This document shows, piece by piece, positions 28,641 through 35,585 of a stretch of 35,585 bases of DNA. Source of the DNA: an uncultured Desulfovibrionales bacterium (GTDB lineage Bacteria > Desulfobacterota > QYQD01); contig CAYSYZ010000004.1 of assembly GCA_964435205.1 (NCBI GenBank), positions 1 to 35,585 on the forward strand, read 5' to 3'. Positions within the stretch are counted from its first letter, which is position 1, and each line of letters starts with the position of its first letter. The notes under the pieces are model-generated. The model had not been told where the DNA came from. It saw nothing but the letters and a program-made list of their open reading frames with translations, and did not search any database. The translations under genes and the position numbers were made by a program.

Positions 28641-28724
28641 AACTGCCGTTAGCCTTGAAATGCACCGCTTCTATGAAGTCTCAATCCTAAAAACACAATA
28701 GTTGGGCATGAGCCAGGAAAAGTT

Positions 28725-29474
28725 GTGAATACAGATAAGTTGAAAGAGCTGCTCCTGTCTGTGCGCGAAGGACGCACAGAAATCGATCAGGCCCTTCAGA
28801 CACTAAAAAATTTCCCCTTTGAGGACATGGCCTATGCTAAAATCGACCATCATAGGCCACTGCGTCAGGGCTTCCCGGAGGTTGTCTTTGGTGAAGGGAA
28901 AACTACCGAGCAGTTACTCGGGATCGTCTCTTCTATTTACGAGCACAGCGATAGAGTCCTTATCACCAGGATCAGTGAAGACAAGGTCAAATATATTCGC
29001 TCCTCTTTCCCCGATGCCGTGTACCACCCACTGTCCCGGGTACTGATCCTTAAAAAAAGGGCGGTAGAAATCGTCGGGAAAGGTACCATAATGGTAATCT
29101 GTGCCGGCACCTCCGATATCCCTGTGGCTGAAGAGGCTTACCTTACGGCTCAAATGATGGGCAATCGCGTCGAGTATCTCTATGACGTGGGTGTGGCGGG
29201 CATACATCGCCTTCTTAGCTACAGGGAAAAAGTAACCTCCGCTTCGGTGCTTATTGTGGTAGCGGGCATGGAAGGAGCCTTGCCTAGCGTGGTAGGTGGA
29301 CTGGTAGACAAACCGGTTATCGCCGTACCCACCAGCGTTGGGTACGGGGCAAGCTTCGGAGGGATTGCCGCCCTTCTGGCCATGTTGAATTCCTGCGCGG
29401 CGGGTGTAGCCGTAGTTAACATAGATAATGGTTTTGGGGCTGGTTATATCTCCAGCCTGATAAACCGCTTGTAA
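28725..29474 (+). CDS. larB: LarB-type (PurE-like) carboxylase/hydrolase of nickel-pincer nucleotide cofactor biosynthesis
   Basis: 249 aa. N-terminal segment ...AKIDHHRPLRQGFPEVVFGEGKT, then a PurE-like Rossmann part (VICAGTSDIPVAEEA, VAGMEGALPSVVGG, VPTSVGYGA). GTG start with AGGAAA upstream. Confidence 0.8.
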   Translation: MNTDKLKELLLSVREGRTEIDQALQTLKNFPFEDMAYAKIDHHRPLRQGFPEVVFGEGKTTEQLLGIVSSIYEHSDRVLITRISEDKVKYIRSSFPDAVYHPLSRVLILKKRAVEIVGKGTIMVICAGTSDIPVAEEAYLTAQMMGNRVEYLYDVGVAGIHRLLSYREKVTSASVLIVVAGMEGALPSVVGGLVDKPVIAVPTSVGYGASFGGIAALLAMLNSCAAGVAVVNIDNGFGAGYISSLINRL

Positions 29475-30365
29475 ATGACACACACACCAGAACAAGATAG
29501 ATTCCGCCAGGTCAACAAGGTCCTGTGGATTGTTTTGATCCTGAACTTTGCCGTTGCCGCGGCCAAACTTTGTTACGGGTGGATAACAAACAGTACCAGC
29601 ATCATGGCAGATGGGTACCATTCTTTCTCCGACGGCTCATCCAATATCGTGGGTCTCTTCGGTATCTGGATGGCTTCCAAACCAAAAGACGAACGTCATC
29701 CTTACGGACATATCAAATATGAGACGTTGACCTCGGTTGCCATCGCGCTGCTGCTCTTTTTCGCCTGTTACAGGGTACTCCACGAATCAATAGACCGTTT
29801 TTTCCACCCCGTACACCCCAAGGTGACTGCAGCCAGTTTTGTGGTCATGGGGACTACCCTCCTGGTTAATACGTTTGTCATGCTTTACGAACGCAGGAAG
29901 GGCTACCTGCTCCAGAGTGAAATATTGATCTCTGATTCTCTCCATACCGGGGCAGATATGTTCACAACCTGTTCTGTAATCCTCGGCCTTTTTGCCATAC
30001 GCGCAGGGTATCCCATGGCCGACCCGGTCATTGCTTTTTTCATTAGCATATTCATCGGTTATGCCGGAATCCAGATTCTCAAAAGCAGCTCTAAGGTACT
30101 GGTTGATGCAGCAGCAATAGAAAAAGAACATATAAGAACCATCGCCATGAGCGTAAACGGTATGGTAGATTGCCATAAAATCAGGAGTCGGGGCCCGGCA
30201 GGCTATATTCATATTGACATGCACTGTCATATGAGGCACGACATATCTTTAGAGAAGGCTCACCAGATAGCCCACATCGTTGAAGACAAGATCAGGGAGA
30301 ATATCCCGGGCATAAAAGACGTCACCATCCATATCGAACCCTACCGAAACGAAAATTCATCTTAA
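29475..30365 (+). CDS. Cation diffusion facilitator (CDF) family divalent-metal efflux transporter
   Basis: 296 aa with six hydrophobic segments and CDF metal-site motifs (HSFSD in TM2, HTGAD in TM5), plus a C-terminal cytoplasmic domain (DVTIHIEP). The ATG directly abuts the larB stop. Confidence 0.85.
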   Translation: MTHTPEQDRFRQVNKVLWIVLILNFAVAAAKLCYGWITNSTSIMADGYHSFSDGSSNIVGLFGIWMASKPKDERHPYGHIKYETLTSVAIALLLFFACYRVLHESIDRFFHPVHPKVTAASFVVMGTTLLVNTFVMLYERRKGYLLQSEILISDSLHTGADMFTTCSVILGLFAIRAGYPMADPVIAFFISIFIGYAGIQILKSSSKVLVDAAAIEKEHIRTIAMSVNGMVDCHKIRSRGPAGYIHIDMHCHMRHDISLEKAHQIAHIVEDKIRENIPGIKDVTIHIEPYRNENSS

Positions 30366-31726
30366 CGGCCCAATCCACGAACAGCACGCACCAGTGTCTT
30401 TATTTCCTCCACTGCCTCCCAGGAAAAGTCCTTAGCACAGGGGAAAAGGGAGTTGTTTTGATAGATGGGTTCCGTGGCAATCGGGAAACGGGCGGTTTCC
30501 ACGGCCTTCGGCCAGAGAGGGGAGCCCGGTATCGGAGAGTACTCGGCCAGATAGGGCACTGCGCCTGCCGCCCGGACATAATCGATAGAATAGGCTACTT
30601 CCGGCCATTCCTGTCCGGGTAAACCAGCCAGGATGTAAACTCCAATCTCCCGGGATTCAAATCCAGCCAGCCGAAAGCATCTAACGGCCCGTGCCAGATC
30701 ACCTTCGTCAATCTTTCCATCGATATGCTTATGACGCGCCATATTGGCCGTTTCAAAGCCAAGGCGTATGGTCTTAAAACCGGCCTGGAAGAGGAGATTG
30801 GCCGTATAATCATCGATCTCCCTGACATGCAGGGCATTCGGGGTGTGAAATCGTAGCCGTAGGTTTTTCCGGATCACCTCTTCCAGCATGGGTCTGATGT
30901 GCTGCTTTTTGTTAATAAGAAGGGCATCATCGTAAAAAGTAAAATCCTCAACATGGTACTTCTGATGCCAGTAGCATATTTCCTTAACTACGGCCTCTGG
31001 ATCGCGCTGGGTAAAGAAGGGTGTGAGTTTGTGTGAGGCACAATAGGCGCATCGGAAAGGACAGCCCCGTGAGCTGAGCAGGCAGACGTAGTCCCTGTCG
31101 CCCAGCAGGTCAAATGCCGGATAGGGATGGTCGTCCAAAGTGTTTGTTTTGGGCACAAAGACTGGCTTATGACCGGTAATATCCGATAGAAGGTCTAACA
31201 ATTTTGCCTCGCCTGGCCCGGACAGGACGTAGTCAGCACCGGAGTGCTCACGCGCATGACCCGTGCAGAGGGTGGCGTAGATACCCCCCAGGATGACCGG
31301 TACACCGGGGAAAACCTCCTTTGTAAGGCGAATAGCCTCAAATACCCCTGGATACCAGTAAGTCATAAGAGAGGTAATAATAACTGCCTCGGGTTTCTTT
31401 ATGCGCTTAAGCCTGGTCTTAAACTCCTCCGGGCTAATGCCGTAGCGACTGTAGGTTTTGGGGATGTCTTTTAATCCGGCCGGTTTGGGCACCGGCGTTC
31501 TCAAAAATTTACCGGTCCCAAATTGTCTTCTTGCCAGGTGATCCCGCCCACACACTTCCAGGTGATGGCTGTCCAGACAGTCAATAAAATCTATGCTAAA
31601 CCCGTTCTCCCGCAGCACGGAAGCCAGATACAATAGGCCCAAAGGCCTAGCCCAGAAATCATAAGCGGCAAAATCGTAAATCCAGGGATTGATAAGTACG
31701 AGGTGCGGCCCAGACATGGCGTGCAT
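30362..31726 (-). CDS. B12-binding-domain radical SAM protein
   Basis: 454 aa with an N-terminal cobalamin-binding-like Rossmann part and a radical SAM CxxxCxxC (SSRGCPFRCAYCAS). Substrate unknown. Confidence 0.8.
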   Translation of the reverse strand: MHAMSGPHLVLINPWIYDFAAYDFWARPLGLLYLASVLRENGFSIDFIDCLDSHHLEVCGRDHLARRQFGTGKFLRTPVPKPAGLKDIPKTYSRYGISPEEFKTRLKRIKKPEAVIITSLMTYWYPGVFEAIRLTKEVFPGVPVILGGIYATLCTGHAREHSGADYVLSGPGEAKLLDLLSDITGHKPVFVPKTNTLDDHPYPAFDLLGDRDYVCLLSSRGCPFRCAYCASHKLTPFFTQRDPEAVVKEICYWHQKYHVEDFTFYDDALLINKKQHIRPMLEEVIRKNLRLRFHTPNALHVREIDDYTANLLFQAGFKTIRLGFETANMARHKHIDGKIDEGDLARAVRCFRLAGFESREIGVYILAGLPGQEWPEVAYSIDYVRAAGAVPYLAEYSPIPGSPLWPKAVETARFPIATEPIYQNNSLFPCAKDFSWEAVEEIKTLVRAVRGLGR

Positions 31727-32275
31727 ACTAAATTACTCCATTTGCCTCGTCAACCGAAGTATCCAGGAGAAAATACTTGACCATTTGACCCGTTTATGCT
31801 TTATGATGTCCTGAACAGAAAACAAGTCCCGCATAAACAGTAACTTAACAACTGGCTTTTCCTACATAACTAATGGATTTGCCCTATGGTCAAAATCCAT
31901 GTTTTGCAGGCCATCACTGCCCTTCAAGCTAAACATTCTAAGACACCTCTAAGTCATCGCGAGTCCGTCGAAGGCAGACGAAGCACCTATGAAAAAAGGA
32001 GGTTAGGCCAGAGGTAAAATAAACGAACAGGTTCGTGTATACACCCAAAATTGGTATAAAAAGCAAACTGTTCGCTTATGAAGGAGTTGAACTAAACCGC
32101 TTTGCGGTAGTTTAAGTCAATTTCCTCGGTTGTTCTTTGAAAATTGAATAGTCACTGGCAACGGTCTGTGCTTTTGGGGCGCTCCGTATCCATTTATTAA
32201 TCTGCCAGTTCCAGGACTACTTTCCTTTCTGTTAAAAGGTAGAGATTACTGCACCTAAAAGAAAGGAGATATGTC

Positions 32276-33129
32276 ATGGGAAGATTGCACGATCAAATGA
32301 AGATGGATTTGGAGTTGAAGAATTACAGTCTCAAAGCGAGGTCTTGTTATTTGGCCTGTGTGAAGCGTTTTGCCGTTCATTTTCATCGATCACCGGACGA
32401 GTTGGGTGGTCATGAAATCCGGAAGTATCTTCATTATCTAATCAAAGACAAGAAGGCCTCTCAGTCAGCCATCAATCAGGCCTATAGTGCCCTGAAGTTT
32501 TTCTACCAGACCACCCTTGGAAGAGATTGGGATGGATTAAAGATTCCCAGGGTAAAGATGAGAAAGAAGCTGCCGGTAGTTCTTTCTACAGAAGAGGTTC
32601 AGGCTCTTTTTTCGGTCATAAGGAATCTGAAACACCGGGCGATCCTCGTGACCCTCTATTCTGCTGGTCTGAGAGTCAGTGCGGCCGTTCATTTAAAGGT
32701 CTCGGACATCGACAGTCAACGGATGATGATTCGGGTAGAGCAAGGCAAAGGAGATAAGGATCGTTATACCTTATTGGCTAAACGTGCTCTGGATATTTTA
32801 CGTGACTACTGGAGAGAGTATCATCCGCAGGATTGGCTGTTTCCCGGTAATCCGTCAACAGAGCCGCTTTCCAGCCGAACTGTCCAGAAGGTCTTTGAAA
32901 AGGCCCTCCATGAAGCTGGTATCAAAAAGAAGGCCACGGTTCATACCTTGCGTCATAGTTTTGCACCCATCTTTTGGAAGCCGGCACTGACCTTTACCAC
33001 ATTCAGCGGCTTTTGGGACACACCACCCCCAAAACCACAACCATCTATCTTCATCTCAGCCGTAAGGATCTTCTCCGGGTTGTCAGTTCCTTAGATCTTT
33101 TAGAGGAACCTCGGAAGCTGACCCCATAG
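32276..33129 (+). pseudogene. Tyrosine recombinase (phage-integrase family) associated with the IS91-family transposase; disrupted by a 1-nt frameshift near 32964
   Basis: The frame from 32276 encodes the SAM-like N-domain and catalytic region up to HTLRHSFA, then degenerates (PIFWKPALTF...). Shifting frame at 32965 restores THLLEAGTDLYHIQRLLGHTTPKTTTIYLHLSRKDLLRVVSSLDLL, which carries the HxxG box and the catalytic Tyr and ends at TAG 33127-33129. Confidence 0.8.
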
Positions 33130-34164
33130 GGAGGTTGGCTTTCCATGCACCGATCTTCTTACTCCTTGGAAGTGGCGGATATATTTCGCGCCTTTGGTCC
33201 GGCTTATCGGCATATCCATGGAAGGCAGATGCCTATTCGTCACCTGCGTACCATGCGGGCCATCGAGGTTTGCCGTACGGCTGAACTAGGCGGTCATGTG
33301 GATGAATGTGACCACTGTGGCGCCTTGCGGATTTCCTATAACTCCTGTCGAAACAGGCATTGTCCCAAATGTCAGTCCCTGGAAAAGGAGCGATGGCTGG
33401 AGGCCAGGAAAAAGGATTTACTACCGACTGGTTATTTTCATCTGGTCTTTACGCTTCCTGAGTTCGTTAGATCGTTGGCTCTAAGGAATCAGAAGGTAGT
33501 CTATAACCTCCTTTTCCAGGCCGTCTCCCAAGCACTGGCTGAGCTGGCTAAGGAACCAAAGTATCTGGGAGCGGAGATAGGTTTTACGGCCATTTTACAC
33601 ACTTGGTCACAAACCTTGATCGACCATCCTCATATCCACTGTATAGTCACTGGAGGAGGCTTAGCCCTGGATGGCAAGCGATGGATCTCCTTTAGGAAGG
33701 GCTTTTTCATGCCGGTGAAGGTCTTGTCTCGATTGTTTCGCGGGAAATTTCTGGCTTTTCTGAGAAAGGCGTATGATTCAGGGAAACTGGCTTTCCCAGG
33801 TAAGATAGCCCATTTAGAAGAAAAGAGTTCTTTCCAGAAAATGTTAACCGGGCTTTATGAACAAGAATGGGTCGTTTACTGTAAGCCCCCATTTAAGAAT
33901 GCGGAAAAGGTGCTTGACTACCTGGGTCGTTACACACATCGGGTGGCCCTGTCCAACGACCGGATCATAAAATTAAAAGATAACCAGGTAACCATAAAGT
34001 ATCGGGACTCGGATGACCATAATAAGATCAAAGGCATGTCTCTGGATGCCTTTGAGTTCATTCGTCGTTTTCTGCTCCATGTGTTACCGGATCAGTTTGT
34101 GAAGATCAGGCATTATGGGATTTTGAGCCCTCGAAGCCGAAAGAAAAAGCTTCTGCGCTGTAAG
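32276..34164 (+). mobile_element. Decayed integrase + IS91-family transposase module (left boundary not determined; may extend into 31900-32275)
   Basis: Adjacent co-oriented integrase and IS91-type transposase genes 15 nt apart. Both are inactivated, one by frameshift and one by IS insertion. Confidence 0.65.
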
Positions 34165-34281
34165 TGTCGAGGGCCATGGTATATCCCCACTTTGGGGGTA
34201 ACGGGGCCAAGACATATCCCCACCCCAGGGCCAAGGTTATTCCCCACCGGGGCCAAGGTAATTCCCCACCCCTTGCCATAA
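33145..34281 (+). CDS. IS91-family (Y2/HUH rolling-circle) transposase, 3' end replaced by read-through into an inserted IS21-family end
   Basis: N-terminal zinc-binding domain (CDHCG...CRNRHCPKC), then an HUH region (HLVFTLP, HTWSQTLIDHPHIHCIV) and a Y-motif region (YLGRYTHRVALSN). The authentic sequence stops at about ...RKKKLLRCK (34164). The last ~38 codons are encoded by the IS21 terminal repeats. Confidence 0.8.
   Translation: MHRSSYSLEVADIFRAFGPAYRHIHGRQMPIRHLRTMRAIEVCRTAELGGHVDECDHCGALRISYNSCRNRHCPKCQSLEKERWLEARKKDLLPTGYFHLVFTLPEFVRSLALRNQKVVYNLLFQAVSQALAELAKEPKYLGAEIGFTAILHTWSQTLIDHPHIHCIVTGGGLALDGKRWISFRKGFFMPVKVLSRLFRGKFLAFLRKAYDSGKLAFPGKIAHLEEKSSFQKMLTGLYEQEWVVYCKPPFKNAEKVLDYLGRYTHRVALSNDRIIKLKDNQVTIKYRDSDDHNKIKGMSLDAFEFIRRFLLHVLPDQFVKIRHYGILSPRSRKKKLLRCKCRGPWYIPTLGVTGPRHIPTPGPRLFPTGAKVIPHPLP
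34172..34268 (+). repeat. Four direct ~19-bp subterminal repeats of the IS21-family left end (putative transposase binding sites)
   Basis: GGCCATGGTATATCCCCAC (34172-34190), GGCCAAGACATATCCCCAC (34204-34222), GGCCAAGGTTATTCCCCAC (34229-34247) and GGCCAAGGTAATTCCCCAC (34250-34268). Confidence 0.85.
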
Positions 34282-34350
34282 GAGGATATTAATTAATCTC
34301 AGGGTCCTGTAATCTCTAAGGTTTGAACGAGCCATTAGAGAGGAGGGGTC

Positions 34351-35585
34351 ATGGCAAGGAGGCGTGTAAGTATGAATGAGATTGTAGAGATCATTTATCA
34401 ATGGCATCAGGGTAACACCATCCAGGGGATTAAAAAATCCCTGGGATTTGATCGTAAAACTATCCGCCGATATATTTTTATGGCCAGTCAGTTAGGGGTA
34501 ACAAGGAAAAATCCCTTCCCTGACGAGCAAGAGCTTATCCAGGGGCTTGGGATTATTTCCCGTTCTTCCTCATTGTATGAAACACCAGCTATCGACTCTA
34601 TTGGCATCTATCGGGAAAGAATCAGCCATTGGCTTGAGGAAAAAGATATGACAGCCAAGCAGGTCTGGAGACTCCTTAAGGAAGAGCAGGGACTGGCGGT
34701 GGGCTATTCCAGTATTAAACGCTATCTTAAAAGTGAGTTTAACTTTGGAGCTCCCAGGGTAACCGTCCGGATAGAGACTCCTGCCGGTCAGGAGGCCCAG
34801 GTGGATTTTGGCTATGCTGGACTGATGACTGACCCTGACACAGGAAAAGCTCGAAGGGCATGGGCCTTTATTATGACCCTTTCCTGTAGCCGTCACCGTT
34901 TTGTCCGGTTTGTCTTTCGTCTGGACTCTGCCACCTGGTTGGATTGCCATCAGAGGGCTTTTGAGTTCTTTGGCGGGGTACCAGCCACGATAATTCTGGA
35001 TAACCTCAAAACCGGGGTGGCCAAACCCGATATCTACGATCCCACGCTCCATTTTGCCTATGCGGATCTGGAACGGCATTATGGGTTTGTCGCCGATCCG
35101 GCCAAAGTCCGTTCCCCAAAACTAAAAGGTAAGGTGGAAAGGGTAGTCCCGGTGGTACGTAAGCACCTCCTGGCCGGTCGTTCTTTCAAAGATATCTGTG
35201 AAGCCAATCAAAGGGCACTATCCTGGTGTAAAGATGAGATCGGGCAAGAAGTCCACGGAACTACTAAAAGAAGGCCTTATCCGGTGTTTTTAGAGGAGGA
35301 AAAGCCTCTCTTGAAATCTCTTCCTGAGGAGCCTTTTGAGATACCGCTCTGGAAGGAATGTACAGTTCATCCTGATCACCATGTGGTCTTTGATCGCTCT
35401 TATTACTCCCTTCCCACTCGCTATATCGGCAAAAAGGTCTGGGTGCGGGGCACGCCAAAACTGGTCCATATTTTCTACCAACATGAACTGATTAAGACCC
35501 ACCCCCGATCCAGCTATCCGGGAAAGCGGATGACTGACGAGACCGATTATCCTCCGGAGAAATTGGCTTATCTTATGGCCACTCC
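34351..35585 (+). CDS. istA: IS21-family transposase IstA (partial, C-terminus beyond the window)
   Basis: Not in the ORF track because there is no stop in the window. My translation from ATG 34351 (RBS AGAGGAGGGG) gives MARRRVSMNEIVEIIYQWHQGNTIQGIKKSLGFDRKTIRRYI (HTH), then the DDE triad context QVDFGYAG ... IILDNLKTGV ... PKLKGKVERVV. Open to the end of the window. Confidence 0.9.
   Translation, partial: MARRRVSMNEIVEIIYQWHQGNTIQGIKKSLGFDRKTIRRYIFMASQLGVTRKNPFPDEQELIQGLGIISRSSSLYETPAIDSIGIYRERISHWLEEKDMTAKQVWRLLKEEQGLAVGYSSIKRYLKSEFNFGAPRVTVRIETPAGQEAQVDFGYAGLMTDPDTGKARRAWAFIMTLSCSRHRFVRFVFRLDSATWLDCHQRAFEFFGGVPATIILDNLKTGVAKPDIYDPTLHFAYADLERHYGFVADPAKVRSPKLKGKVERVVPVVRKHLLAGRSFKDICEANQRALSWCKDEIGQEVHGTTKRRPYPVFLEEEKPLLKSLPEEPFEIPLWKECTVHPDHHVVFDRSYYSLPTRYIGKKVWVRGTPKLVHIFYQHELIKTHPRSSYPGKRMTDETDYPPEKLAYLMAT

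Larger units (their letters stand above)
34165..35585 (+). mobile_element. IS21-family insertion sequence, left end and most of istA (continues beyond the window)
   Basis: Begins TGTCGAGGG..., carries four subterminal 19-bp repeats and then istA. It interrupts the IS91 transposase ORF. Confidence 0.8.

Noticed and set aside
28546-28700. Calling a CRISPR array here
   Set aside because: Only one repeat unit is convincing. The best candidate for a second unit one period (74 nt) downstream (28627-28661) matches at only about 13 of 35 positions, mostly the TTGAAA tail. The other tail copy is inverted. There are no cas genes in the window. It is therefore reported as a solitary repeat-like element, not an array.
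28470-28724. NiCo (czcD-type) riboswitch upstream of larB-CDF, and Moco riboswitch upstream of fdhA (6409-6933)
   Set aside because: The genomic context fits, but I could not match the conserved cores from memory with any confidence. Neither is reported as a feature. Both need cmsearch.
28914-29621. 235-aa minus-strand ORF overlapping larB and the CDF gene
   Set aside because: It is a shadow ORF antisense to two motif-supported genes, with no motif of its own.
31945-31985. Segment TCATCGCGAGTCCGTCGAAGGCAGACGAAGCA, which resembles short dispersed GC-rich repeat fragments seen in some anaerobe genomes
   Set aside because: There is only one copy in this window, with no hairpin or partner repeat. 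I cannot substantiate this without a genome-wide search.
27914-32275. Genomic island integrated at tRNA-Val
   Set aside because: I could not find a direct repeat of the tRNA 3' end downstream by eye (only a 7-nt GCACCGC match at about 28662). No integrase is adjacent to the tRNA; the integrase at 32276 belongs to the IS91-type module. This is kept only as a weak possibility.
34165-34281. Pro/Gly-rich C-terminal tail of the IS91-family transposase as a real domain
   Set aside because: The tail is encoded by the four IS21 subterminal DNA repeats, so the peptide periodicity mirrors the DNA repeats. It is a read-through artefact of the insertion.
34570-35079. 169-aa minus-strand ORF (and 35264..35502 ORFs) inside istA
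   Set aside because: It is antisense to the IstA reading frame, which carries clear HTH and DDE motifs. The track omits istA only because its stop lies outside the window.

Overview
This 35.6-kb bacterial chromosomal segment is densely coding, with about 34 protein genes and 1 tRNA. All calls come from reading the sequence and from motif recognition. No database search was run.

Gene content suggests an anaerobic Desulfobacterota/deltaproteobacterium-like organism: a Tat-exported selenocysteine formate dehydrogenase, a class II B12 ribonucleotide reductase, an iron-sulfur flavoprotein and a B12 radical SAM enzyme. This taxonomy is inference only.

Gene order, left to right:
- xerD (partial, minus strand) and a coiled-coil hypothetical protein
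- fdhA(Sec)-fdhB, a terminator, then fdhE (minus strand)
- a polyprenyl synthase
- a minus-strand hsp20-lon-PHP-flavoprotein-MBL string
- an AcuC/HDAC-family gene, rmuC and a DUF1614 gene
- a cold-shock gene with a structured leader
- trkH-trkA-ogt-nrdJ-nfi
- a lytic transglycosylase, thiL and ndk
- a DksA-like/THUMP-like pair, a degenerate PilZ protein and a lipoprotein
- tRNA-Val(CAC) and a small membrane protein
- larB-CDF transporter and a convergent B12 radical SAM gene
- a decayed nest of mobile elements filling the last 3.3 kb. It holds a frameshifted tyrosine integrase and an IS91-family transposase whose 3' end is cut by an IS21-family element (istA runs off the window).

I found no convincing novel multi-gene system. 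There are no cas genes, reverse transcriptase, toxin-antitoxin pair or obvious defence genes.

The most unusual items:
1. A solitary CRISPR-repeat-like element upstream of larB, with an inverted copy of its 3' tail.
2. An intrinsic-terminator-like hairpin inside the csp leader (attenuator or small RNA).
3. UGA-Sec recoding that splits fdhA in the ORF track.
4. The nested IS21-into-IS91 insertion, with four 19-bp terminal repeats.
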